From a virus (lineage: Duplodnaviria > Caudoviricetes), in the IMG/VR virus record IMGVR_UViG_2700988850_000001, positions 1-64,000 of that record: a DNA stretch of 64,000 nucleotides. One strand, 5' to 3'. This document shows, piece by piece, positions 1 through 9,100 of the stretch. Each line of letters opens with the position of its first letter. Position 1 is the first letter of the stretch. The notes beneath the pieces were generated by a model. That model saw nothing but the letters and a program-made list of their open reading frames with translations, did no database searches and was not told the DNA's origin. A program made the translations under genes and the position numbers.

Positions 1-113
1 TCAGGGTGTTGTGGACTGCGGTTTTCCGCGCCGGATGATCATAGCCCGTGGTGGGGCGAATGCACAACCCAACCACCCGAACCCGCTGGCAGCGTGCCGT
101 TATCGGTCAGTCC

Positions 114-143
114 TTGAAGTACTCTAGGGTTAGCCTATAGACT
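114..143 (+). promoter_or_regulatory. SigA-like promoter for gene 1, probably leaderless
   Basis: TTGAAG (114-119), 18-nt spacer, TAGACT (138-143); ATG at 152 lies 8 nt downstream with no SD. Confidence 0.6.
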
Positions 144-151
144 CGCGAAAC

Positions 152-1039
152 ATGACGGCATTAATCGAGAATGGCTTCGATCTATTCTGGCGCAATCCTC
201 ACAACTACGTGAACGAGATGAAGCAGAATCACGAAGTGAATGTCGCATGGGACCGCGGCATTCTTACAAAGCTTCGCATCGACCAGTACATGTACTCGAA
301 GATGAAGTTCGGCCCGCTCGGGAAGTTCTGGCGAAGCTACAACATCAGCTCGTGGGACTGCATCGAGTACGACGCGGACTGCGAGCCTGGCAAGCCAAGA
401 GCTGTGTACCCGGCTTTCGACTGGTGCAACGAAGACCTCGACACGCTGCTGGGGTACATCGCTGCACCCTGGGGCGAGGACGCTTCGCTCTATCGGGACA
501 CGTCCATCCCTCGACACCTCCGGCCAGTGAAGGGCCAGCCTCACCGCATCTTCATTACCAACCTGCCGAGCATGCGGACGCTGGAAGGTAAGTACCAGCT
601 CGTAGTGCTCGCGAAGATTCAGCGCAAGTTCCCGCAGGCCGAGTTGTTCATCCACCGGCTCTACGGATTCGGCGACCTGTTCGGTAACAAGTTCAGGGCT
701 GGCGACATTGACCCTCGCATGATCGCGAGCAAGGGGAAGATCTACCTGACAAACGGTCGATACTTCGACACCCGCACTGCCGACCGCGACATGCTGTCGA
801 ACTACGTGCGTCCTTTGGGTTGGTCGGTCGATGAGCTGGACGACGCGAAGAACCGATGCCGGTACAACATGCACGCGGCCAAGTGGGCATCGTTGCATTG
901 GGACAAGGAGGGCAGACCTCCGATGCACGTTCCGAAGGACTTCCGTCCGGACCATGAGTCGTCTGATCTAGACTTGAATCCACTCATGGTAAAAAAAGAT
1001 CACCCGGTCTCAAGCTCGCTGAGCTTGGAGACCGGATAG
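152..1039 (+). CDS. Gene 1, 0-frame product (295 aa), function unknown; N-terminal part of a probable frameshift fusion
   Basis: Long ORF with phage-like codon usage immediately upstream of the terminase region. Confidence 0.8.
   Translation: MTALIENGFDLFWRNPHNYVNEMKQNHEVNVAWDRGILTKLRIDQYMYSKMKFGPLGKFWRSYNISSWDCIEYDADCEPGKPRAVYPAFDWCNEDLDTLLGYIAAPWGEDASLYRDTSIPRHLRPVKGQPHRIFITNLPSMRTLEGKYQLVVLAKIQRKFPQAELFIHRLYGFGDLFGNKFRAGDIDPRMIASKGKIYLTNGRYFDTRTADRDMLSNYVRPLGWSVDELDDAKNRCRYNMHAAKWASLHWDKEGRPPMHVPKDFRPDHESSDLDLNPLMVKKDHPVSSSLSLETG
991..1035 (+). promoter_or_regulatory. Candidate programmed -1 ribosomal frameshift signal
   Basis: In-frame A AAA AAA at 991-997, 6-nt spacer, then hairpin CCGGTCTC-AAGCTC / GAGCTT-G-GAGACCGG (1004-1035). 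Confidence 0.7.
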
Positions 1040-1548
1040 TTTGCAACGAGTGCTCGCTATGGAATAGCTGCACCTACTATCGAGAAGGGAACATGTGCAC
1101 CGTGCCAGGATCAGAAGGCAAGAAGCTTGCCGATTACTTCAAGTCTACCAACCCTGCTGAGATTGCAGAAGGCATGCGCAGCATTGTCGCCGAGCAGGCT
1201 GACATTGTTGACGAGATGCTTGCTGATCACAAGGCGCGGGGCACAGACGAGACTGACCCCGAGCTGATGAAGAACATGAACAGTGTCTTCAAGAATGCAA
1301 AGAGTCTGCACGATATCGTCAACCCGAAGCAGAAGGGTCCGCTGGTCCAGATCGGCATTGCCAATGGCATGCCTCTTCCGGCGATCAACTCCTCTAGTGA
1401 TCCGCGAGAACTTGCTGCGATGGTAGTGAAGGAACTTGAGGCTCAGCTTCCTCCCGGTACAGAGATCACCGACGAGATGGTGAAGATGCGACTCGAGCAA
1501 TACGTCGGCGCACAGAAGGCTATCGAGGCTGAGGTGATCGAACCGTGA
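997..1548 (+). CDS. -1 frame extension of gene 1 (contains ORF 1093-1548); Cys cluster plus helical domain, candidate terminase small subunit
   Basis: Frame open from 967 to 1548; encodes CNECSLWNSCTYYREGNMC running into ATG 1093; lies directly upstream of TerL. Confidence 0.6.
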   Translation, partial: RSPGLKLAELGDRIVCNECSLWNSCTYYREGNMCTVPGSEGKKLADYFKSTNPAEIAEGMRSIVAEQADIVDEMLADHKARGTDETDPELMKNMNSVFKNAKSLHDIVNPKQKGPLVQIGIANGMPLPAINSSSDPRELAAMVVKELEAQLPPGTEITDEMVKMRLEQYVGAQKAIEAEVIEP

Positions 1549-1607
1549 TGATTCTCATTGACCTTGCTGTCGTTCTGTTCCGTCTACTAGTGACAGGACT
1601 TGGATAA
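1548..1607 (+). CDS. 19-aa hydrophobic minigene MILIDLAVVLFRLLVTGLG
   Basis: Starts in a TGATG overlap with the upstream stop and ends in a TAATG overlap with the TerL start. Confidence 0.5.
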   Translation: MILIDLAVVLFRLLVTGLG

Positions 1608-3589
1608 TGTCTCACCCGCTCGGGCCGAACATTGACGCGATCCTCGCAGAGAAGAAGTGGCTTGACCAGCATCCTCAGTTCGAGGAGCGCCCGGCAACCA
1701 TGCGTGAGTTCGTCACTGCCAAGTACCTGAACATCGAGGCCAATGTTCGACCGGGCGTCATGGCTGCGCTCATTGAAATCTTCGGCGACAAGATTGATCC
1801 GAACTGGATCAGCGTGAAGCGCAAGGCCGTCATGACTGGCGGCATCGGCATCGGCAAGACCACGTTCGCTTCGATCGTACTGCCGTACATGGTGCACTGG
1901 GTCTACTGCCTCAAGGACCCGCAGGACTTCTTCGGACTCGCACCCGGATCGAAGATCGCCTTCATGATGATGAGTACGTCAGAGAAGCAGGCGACTGAAG
2001 TTCTGTTCGGCGATGTGAAGGCTCGCGTCGAGAACTCGCCCTGGTTCGAGCGACGCTGCCCGTACGATCCGAAGTTCGAGAAGCAGCTTCGATTCGCGAA
2101 GAAGAACCTGTGGATTCTTCCAGGTGGTTCCGAGGAAACCCGGTTCGAGGGTTACAACATCCTTGGCGGTGTCATTGACGAGGGTGACTCGCACAAGAAA
2201 ACTGCGCGCAAGGACTACGCAGAAGAAGGCTACGATACGATCCACTCCCGTATCGAGTCTCGGTTCATGGATCACAAGGCTGGGAAGTTCAAGGGTATTC
2301 TTATCCTGATCGGCCAGACCAAGAGTGCTACCGGATTCATGCGGCGCATGTACAACGAGTTCATGAAGGAACCCGACGCTGCCGCGATCCGCATGTCGAT
2401 CTGGGAATCTTACGGCTGGCATCGGTACACCGAGAATCCGGACGACGAGAAGAACTACCGCGAGACTGCGCCACGCAAGAGCTTCGTCTACGACGTGATG
2501 CGCAAGGAGATTATCAAGAAGGAAGATGCCGACGCAGCAGGCATCGACTACCAGAGTGGCAATGACAAGTTCATCGAGGTGCCGCTCGCCTACATCGCTG
2601 GCTTTATCAAGAACCCAGTGAAGGCTCTCCGAGACCTTGCAGGTATTCCTCCGGAAGCTTCCGACCCGTTCATCGCCATGACGCATCGTATCACCGAGTG
2701 CCAAGATCGCTGGCATGAGCGCATGGGTGCGAAGGTTCCTGTGAACGACTCGGCGCATGCCCCGAAGTTCGAGCCGTGGTTCAAGGCAACCGATCGAATC
2801 AAGCGCGTCATGCATGTGGATATCGGCGTGTCCGATGAGGGTGACGCCTTGGGCATGGCGATGGGTCACGTCCCGGAGATTGTGGAGATTGACGGGGAGT
2901 GGAAGCCACTGATTGTCTTTGACTTCCTGCTCCGCTGGCACGCAGCCAAGGGTACACAGATCGTGCTCGGTGATGTGCGCCGACTGATCTATCACCTGAA
3001 GAACGACCTGAAGTTCAATCTGACTCACGTCACGACTGACTCATTCCAGTCCACGGACTTCCAGCAGCAGCTTCGTAAGAACAAGTTCAACGTCCAGGAG
3101 ATTTCCGTTGATCGTAAGAAGATGCCCTACGAAGACTTCCGTGACGCTGTATACGATGGGCGAGTTCTATTTCCGCACTACAAGACGCATCTTTACAAAG
3201 GTGATACCGACCTCGTGGATATCGCGTTTCGAGAACTTTCTCAGCTGAGCGACACCGGACAGAAGATCGACCACCCTCCGAAGGGAAGTAAGGATGTTGC
3301 GGACTGCATGGCTGGCGTGGTCCATCACCTTATGAACGACAGCCAGTTCCGGCGCGGCGCTCGCCGGGATCGGCAGGATGGTGTCAATGTTGCACCGGAC
3401 ACTTTCGGTGCTGTTGACCTTTCGAAGATCGTCAGCGGTCACGTCGAGGACGAAGGTTCAAAGGTTATGAACCCCGTGTCGTTCGACAACTTCGATGAGG
3501 GAATGCTGAATCAGTTCGGACCGAACCAGCCGACCAGTCTGTCGGGAAGTCCTTTCGGATTCGATCCTAACGTCCCCCCGATCTGGTGA
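1607..3589 (+). CDS. terL: Terminase large subunit
   Basis: Walker A GGIGIGKT, Walker B GGVIDE, RNase H-like nuclease motifs HVDIG and SKDVAD. Confidence 0.93.
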   Translation: MSHPLGPNIDAILAEKKWLDQHPQFEERPATMREFVTAKYLNIEANVRPGVMAALIEIFGDKIDPNWISVKRKAVMTGGIGIGKTTFASIVLPYMVHWVYCLKDPQDFFGLAPGSKIAFMMMSTSEKQATEVLFGDVKARVENSPWFERRCPYDPKFEKQLRFAKKNLWILPGGSEETRFEGYNILGGVIDEGDSHKKTARKDYAEEGYDTIHSRIESRFMDHKAGKFKGILILIGQTKSATGFMRRMYNEFMKEPDAAAIRMSIWESYGWHRYTENPDDEKNYRETAPRKSFVYDVMRKEIIKKEDADAAGIDYQSGNDKFIEVPLAYIAGFIKNPVKALRDLAGIPPEASDPFIAMTHRITECQDRWHERMGAKVPVNDSAHAPKFEPWFKATDRIKRVMHVDIGVSDEGDALGMAMGHVPEIVEIDGEWKPLIVFDFLLRWHAAKGTQIVLGDVRRLIYHLKNDLKFNLTHVTTDSFQSTDFQQQLRKNKFNVQEISVDRKKMPYEDFRDAVYDGRVLFPHYKTHLYKGDTDLVDIAFRELSQLSDTGQKIDHPPKGSKDVADCMAGVVHHLMNDSQFRRGARRDRQDGVNVAPDTFGAVDLSKIVSGHVEDEGSKVMNPVSFDNFDEGMLNQFGPNQPTSLSGSPFGFDPNVPPIW

Positions 3590-3603
3590 CCTGAGACCTA
3601 AGC

Positions 3604-3632
3604 GTGACAGGAAAAGCCCGCTCATATATGCT
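3604..3632 (+). promoter_or_regulatory. Putative promoter for portal operon
   Basis: GTGACA, 17-nt spacer, TATGCT in the TerL-portal gap. Confidence 0.45.
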
Positions 3633-3688
3633 CCGTCGATCAGCCCTGTTTGCACAAGTGCATCCTCGGCGAATCGACAGGAGAATAT

Positions 3689-5428
3689 ATGAGCGGGCTT
3701 CTTGGTCCCGATGGTGGACCAGCCAGCAGTTACTACGAACGCAAGACGGGTCGTCCAAAGAACCCCAAGCCGCTAGTCGGCGAAGTGGCAGGAGCCTGGG
3801 GTGGCGCTGACGCAACCTTCGTCAACCTTCCAGGTGGAGGTGCACTGAAGGTTGACACCAGTCGCCTGACGCTTGGAGACTTCCGTCGCATGTCGGAACA
3901 TCCGCAGATCGCATCCTCGCTTCGGCTCATGTCTTTCATGATGCACCAGCTCGACTGGAAGCTTGAGGGCGGTACGGCGCAAACGCGCAAGCACTGCGAC
4001 GAGAACTTGCGGATGATCTGGACTCCGCTCATTCGCTCCATGTCCAGCTCGCACATCTTCGGCTTCTCTCCGAACGCTACCCAGTGGGAGAACAAGCCCG
4101 GCAGCTCGCGCATCTGGTTGAACAAGATCAAGGACCTTGTTCCAGAGGAGTGCGAGGTCAAGTGGAAGTTCATCGACGGCGCTCCGATCCCGAGCGAGAT
4201 TCCCGGAGCTGAGCCGCTGAAGCAGAAGGTTCCGATCTTCGATGGAATCATGCAGCGCGGCAAGCATACCGTTCCGGTGACGAACTCGTTCTGGTACCCG
4301 CTGCTCATGCAGAACGGTGACTACAAGGGAACCAAGCTTCTGCGTGCGGCGTTCCAGTCGTGGTACTTCTCGAACCTGATCAAGCTGTTCGCGAACCAGT
4401 ATTACGAGCGGTTCGGTTCCCCGCTGCCGGTTGGTCGTGCGCCTTACGACGAAGAGATTAACGTCGGCACCGCTGAGAATCCGAAGATGATTCCGGGCAA
4501 CAAGCTCATGGGTCAGATCATGACGAACCTTCGTAACCGAAGCATTGTTGTTCTTCCGAACCAGCGAACCCAGGACGGCCTGGGCGGTACGCGAACCTTT
4601 GACTACGAGCTTGAGTACCTTGAGTCTCAGATGCGTGGCGTCGAGTTCGACCGGATGCTTCAGCGGTACGACGAGGAGATGAGCCTTGCGCTCTTTACTC
4701 CACTGCTGCTCATGCGGACCGCAGACGGCGGTGGATTCAACCAAGGTGTCGGACACCAGCAGGTGTGGCTCTGGATGTTGAACGCCCTGGCTGGCGATTA
4801 CGGCGAGTACATCAACCGCTACATCCTTGCGCCCATGGCGCGGTTCAACTTCGGCGCGAACGTCGAGCCTCCGCGAATCAAGTTCCGCAAGCTCGGTGTC
4901 GCGCAGCAGGAGACCCTGCGCGCCATTGCTCAGGCGATGCTCAGCAAGGGTCAGATCAAGGTTGACGTTGACGAGCTTGGCGCTCACCTCGGCATGGAAC
5001 TTGAAGAGATCGAGGTTCTGGATCAGCCGATCGAAGCTCCCGAGGAGACCGACGACGGAGAGCCGCAGAAGGATAAGCGCACGAACCGTGACGAGCGACT
5101 GAAGAATGACGACCTGCCGAACGTCACCAACCCCAAGTCGGTGACCAAGCAGATCACTCAGCGAGTGGCTCAGCAGGCAACGAAGGAGTTCGCCAGCGGC
5201 AAGGCTCGCAAGGATTGGACCCCCTCTTTGGGTTACCACCGGCAACTCACCGCGGCTCTCGAAGCGAGCGGCGAGTGGGCCGCAGAGGACCTAGCCACGG
5301 CCTATTCGTCCCAGCTCACGGCGCTGCTCCGGGACGGTATCGGGTCCGGCTGCTACCACAGCGCGAGTGACTTCATGGAGGACTTCGAGAAGCTGTCCGA
5401 CATGGTACTGGAAGGACTTATCGACTAA
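3689..5428 (+). CDS. Portal protein (Mu gp29/DUF935-like)
   Basis: Follows TerL; G..LLR.A...WYF and ERFGSP motifs; SD AGGAG before ATG 3689. Confidence 0.88.
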   Translation: MSGLLGPDGGPASSYYERKTGRPKNPKPLVGEVAGAWGGADATFVNLPGGGALKVDTSRLTLGDFRRMSEHPQIASSLRLMSFMMHQLDWKLEGGTAQTRKHCDENLRMIWTPLIRSMSSSHIFGFSPNATQWENKPGSSRIWLNKIKDLVPEECEVKWKFIDGAPIPSEIPGAEPLKQKVPIFDGIMQRGKHTVPVTNSFWYPLLMQNGDYKGTKLLRAAFQSWYFSNLIKLFANQYYERFGSPLPVGRAPYDEEINVGTAENPKMIPGNKLMGQIMTNLRNRSIVVLPNQRTQDGLGGTRTFDYELEYLESQMRGVEFDRMLQRYDEEMSLALFTPLLLMRTADGGGFNQGVGHQQVWLWMLNALAGDYGEYINRYILAPMARFNFGANVEPPRIKFRKLGVAQQETLRAIAQAMLSKGQIKVDVDELGAHLGMELEEIEVLDQPIEAPEETDDGEPQKDKRTNRDERLKNDDLPNVTNPKSVTKQITQRVAQQATKEFASGKARKDWTPSLGYHRQLTAALEASGEWAAEDLATAYSSQLTALLRDGIGSGCYHSASDFMEDFEKLSDMVLEGLID

Positions 5429-6795
5429 TGGCAGACTACCAGAAGATCTACTTGCGGATCACTGGCACCATTGGTGACACCCCGGAAGATGCTGACCCGT
5501 TCCCGGATCGCGTCATGGCGACCGGCTCTGCCTTCATCAAGCCGAACATTCGCGACGGCTACGCCGAGAACGCTGTCGGTCCGGACGGCATTGACGAGCT
5601 GAACCTTCCGTCCCCGATCACCTGCACCATTACCGACGGCATGGTCACCTACAATGGTGAGCCATTCGTCTGGCTTCTCGTGTCGAATGAGAAGTGGAAC
5701 TGGAACATCAGCTTCCCGCAGCTTCGAATCAATGGCGTCACCAAGAAGTTGGACTCATTCAACTTCGACCTCGAGCCTGCGACGACTGCACAGAAGGCTG
5801 ATCCGAACTACCCCGGCATCAACCTCGCACCGCTGATCGAGTTCCCTAACCCGGAGACCGGACAGAAGTCTGTTCGCGGTCCTCGCGGTTGGGGTATCGA
5901 GACGATTGAACTTGTCGGCGATGATCAGTTCCGGTTCACCCTGGACGATCCGCTGCACACAGTTCTTCCGCTGGTTACCGTTCCGGCCCTGACGATCAAT
6001 CAGGAAACTCTTGATGCTGCTGCGGCTGCGGTATACGGAGCCGAGCTGAGTTACCAGAACAAGCTTGCAAGTGATGCGGCTCGCGACCTCAGCTTCACGT
6101 ACCGGAATGCTGCTGAGGGATTCAAGAACACTGCCTCTACTCAGGCAACCACTGCAACGACAAAGGCTGGCGAGGCAACCACTGCCCGCAACGAAGCATT
6201 GGGGTTCCGTAATGAAGCGGAGGGTTTCAAGAACACAGCTGGAACGTCAGCAAGTAACGCGGCGACTTCGGCGAGCGAAGCGCTCGGGTACCGGAACACA
6301 GCCGGAACTCACGCGAGCAATGCTAGTACTTCGGCTAGCAATGCTTCTGACAGTGCTACCACTGCTGGTAATCATGCTGCTAGTGCGCTGACCTATCGCA
6401 ACCAGGCCGAGGGGTTCAAGAACACGGCAGAGCAGGCTGTGCTCGGGGTCGTACCCGACAACAGTATTGCTACCGCGAAGCTTCAGAACCTTGCGGTGAC
6501 TGCTGCCAAGATTGCGAACGCCACGATCACCGGCACGCAGATCGCTGGCAATGCTATCTCTTCTTCGCACATTGTAGACGGCACAATCACAAACGCTGAC
6601 ATTAGCGCGACTGCTGGCATCGCCAAGACGAAGCTTGAGACTGGGGTTCAGACTTCGCTTGGACTTGCGGACAATGCTCCGCAGATGTACGCAGGTCTCA
6701 CGAAGATCACCGAGTGGTACGGCACCCAGGCGGCGTACGACCTTCTGCCTAGCGGCACTAAGACTGCTGCTGGATTCCGGGCGGCGATCTACTAA
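5428..6795 (+). CDS. Fibre-like virion protein with Ala/Thr-rich repeats
   Basis: Repeated (Y/F)RNxAEGFKNTA units, followed by IATAKL/VTAAKIA-type repeats typical of phage fibres. Confidence 0.65.
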   Translation: MADYQKIYLRITGTIGDTPEDADPFPDRVMATGSAFIKPNIRDGYAENAVGPDGIDELNLPSPITCTITDGMVTYNGEPFVWLLVSNEKWNWNISFPQLRINGVTKKLDSFNFDLEPATTAQKADPNYPGINLAPLIEFPNPETGQKSVRGPRGWGIETIELVGDDQFRFTLDDPLHTVLPLVTVPALTINQETLDAAAAAVYGAELSYQNKLASDAARDLSFTYRNAAEGFKNTASTQATTATTKAGEATTARNEALGFRNEAEGFKNTAGTSASNAATSASEALGYRNTAGTHASNASTSASNASDSATTAGNHAASALTYRNQAEGFKNTAEQAVLGVVPDNSIATAKLQNLAVTAAKIANATITGTQIAGNAISSSHIVDGTITNADISATAGIAKTKLETGVQTSLGLADNAPQMYAGLTKITEWYGTQAAYDLLPSGTKTAAGFRAAIY

Positions 6796-7679
6796 TGCCA
6801 TACCTCTACAGCGGCAACAAGCCGAAGAAGATGTACATTGGCAGCAATGTCATCAAGAAGATTGTCCAGGGAACTGGAAGTGCTATCGCGACGCTGTGGC
6901 AGAACACGATCCCGTTCCAGATGATCGTCAAGTCTGGTACGCAGCAGTTGGGTAACGGCACCTGGGAGAAGATTACCGGCTGGTCCATCAATCCTGCCTA
7001 CACCGAGACTGAGATTGTCAACGATGCACTTGTCGTTGCTGGTCGTGCGTCGTTCATCATCGAGGCGACTGTCACGTACAGCGGCACATCTTCTTCATCG
7101 AAGGGATGCCGGGTGGTCGGCTGGGGCAACGTTACCATTGTGGAGACTTCCGTATCTAACTCGAACACTGCACGTAGCGTGAGCTTTGTCATGCCGGATG
7201 CTACCGACACCACGCTCGAACTGTACGGAATGTACGGAAGCTCAATTACAAGTAACCGTGTTGTTCAGGCTGGCAGCACCAACCTTTCGGTAAGAGTTGG
7301 AAGCTACTATGAGCAGATGGTTACTGTCGATTACTACACTTCTGGCGCGCAGACGGAAGCTGTTCTTGAGCCGAACGCAGTTGCCGAGTGGCCTCGAGTT
7401 CCCGGTCAGGGAATCTTCCTGAAGGCTGGAACGTACACCCTGAACTGGCAGCTTTACAGCACCGGATGGGGAACGGACTGGCGAGTAGCTTGCGATGTTG
7501 GCGGAACTTTGAATGAGGCGATGGTGCTCGGCACCAGTGGTAACACCTGGAACCTTATATCACAGACGATCACGGTTCCGTCCGACATGTACGTGATGCC
7601 TAAGGTTCGCTCTACGAGTTCAAGCTACAAGACACTTGGCCCCAACCAACTCAATCTTTTCATCTCCAAGCTTCCCTAA
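6795..7679 (+). CDS. Putative minor tail/fibre-associated protein
   Basis: N-terminal KKMYIGSNVIKKI motif typical of fibre partners; beta-rich sequence; TAATG coupling. Confidence 0.55.
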   Translation: MPYLYSGNKPKKMYIGSNVIKKIVQGTGSAIATLWQNTIPFQMIVKSGTQQLGNGTWEKITGWSINPAYTETEIVNDALVVAGRASFIIEATVTYSGTSSSSKGCRVVGWGNVTIVETSVSNSNTARSVSFVMPDATDTTLELYGMYGSSITSNRVVQAGSTNLSVRVGSYYEQMVTVDYYTSGAQTEAVLEPNAVAEWPRVPGQGIFLKAGTYTLNWQLYSTGWGTDWRVACDVGGTLNEAMVLGTSGNTWNLISQTITVPSDMYVMPKVRSTSSSYKTLGPNQLNLFISKLP

Positions 7680-7687
7680 GGAGCGAT

Positions 7688-9100
7688 ATGACAACCCCTA
7701 CCAACCCGGTCGTAGATGCGCTCTGGGAAAGAATCGCAGCTATCTCTCCTCGCGCAAGCGGGTTCAATGTCAAGCTGTACGGCGCGAAAGGCGACGGAGT
7801 AAACGATGACCTTCCTGCGATCCTTGCCGCAATTGATGCGGCGAATCTACAGGGCGGTGGAGCGATTTACTTCCCGGCTGGAATGTACAACATCAGTGCA
7901 TCCATTAGTAATGGCGCTCAAGGGTTCACGTCTATACGATTCACTGGCGACGGCGTTCTTTCGTCGGTGATCGTTGCACTGGGAGACTTCCCGGTATTCG
8001 CTGGCGCATTGCACAACTGCAAGCTCGACAACATCCTTGTGCACGAGAACGGCCAGGGCGCTCCCGGCATGAACGTGTACCTTGATAAGAGTTACATCGA
8101 GCACCTGAAGATTGTCGGCTGGTCCGGCTCCGGCATGCGCGTCAACGACGGAACCTATGGCGACCTTGGCCTGCTCAACCACATCAACGATGTGCACATC
8201 GAGCAGGCAGAAGGCTACGGGATCTATGCTACTTACATGTTCGCTGACTCGTGGATTCGCTTCTGCAACATCGGCTCCACGCTGGCAAACCTTTCGCTCG
8301 AAGGTGGACCAATTCGTGTGCTCGGCAATCACTTGAACGGTTCGCCCCGACACAACATCGAGCTTCGTGGCAACCGTCGCGTCACCATCTCGGACAACAT
8401 CATGGAAGGTTCTCGGCGCGAAGCCTTGATCTACACGATGCCTCCGTGGTTGACGGTAGACAATCCGCAGGTGCAGATCACCGGTAACGCCTTCTCGAAT
8501 GGCGGCAAGGAGAATAAGAATAACTTCTCCGCTATCAAGTTCACTGGCGTTGACTCTGCAAAGCTGGTGAACGATCTGTCCGTCACTGGCAACATCTTTG
8601 CATGCGACGACCCGGATGCGGGATGGAAGTACATTGTTGAGGCGATGTACGCCGACCGAATCTCCGTCACCGGCAACCAGTGGAAGACCGCTTACAGCAT
8701 GCCGGAACCTGTGGCTGCCCCGCAGGCCAAGGATCTTAATGTCGTCGGCAACTCTGGTGGCGGCAACGTGGCGCAGATTCGCGTCTACTCTGAGGCGAAC
8801 TACTCCGGCACCAAGGCTCTGCCTTCGTACGCGCAGGGTTCGCTGACAAAGATTCGACTGACCGGCAACACGACGATCACGCTTCCGAATGGCACGTCCG
8901 GTCAGTCGTACACTATCACGTTGGAAGTTACCCAGGATGCAACGGGCGGTAAGACGTTCGCCATTCCTGGCGTAGCATGGGCAGGCGGCGCGGCTCCGAT
9001 CGTATCCGCTGGCCCGAATGAGAAAGACATTATCCATATCACCTGGACGGGGACCGGGTGGATCGGCGTCGTGGGGGCGCAGAAGGTTGGGAGTTCTTAA
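7688..9100 (+). CDS. Pectate-lyase-like beta-helix protein (tailspike/depolymerase)
   Basis: NVKLYGAKGDGVNDD...AIDAA...GGAIYFPAGMY N-terminal motif and parallel beta-helix repeats (IxGN). Confidence 0.8.
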   Translation: MTTPTNPVVDALWERIAAISPRASGFNVKLYGAKGDGVNDDLPAILAAIDAANLQGGGAIYFPAGMYNISASISNGAQGFTSIRFTGDGVLSSVIVALGDFPVFAGALHNCKLDNILVHENGQGAPGMNVYLDKSYIEHLKIVGWSGSGMRVNDGTYGDLGLLNHINDVHIEQAEGYGIYATYMFADSWIRFCNIGSTLANLSLEGGPIRVLGNHLNGSPRHNIELRGNRRVTISDNIMEGSRREALIYTMPPWLTVDNPQVQITGNAFSNGGKENKNNFSAIKFTGVDSAKLVNDLSVTGNIFACDDPDAGWKYIVEAMYADRISVTGNQWKTAYSMPEPVAAPQAKDLNVVGNSGGGNVAQIRVYSEANYSGTKALPSYAQGSLTKIRLTGNTTITLPNGTSGQSYTITLEVTQDATGGKTFAIPGVAWAGGAAPIVSAGPNEKDIIHITWTGTGWIGVVGAQKVGSS

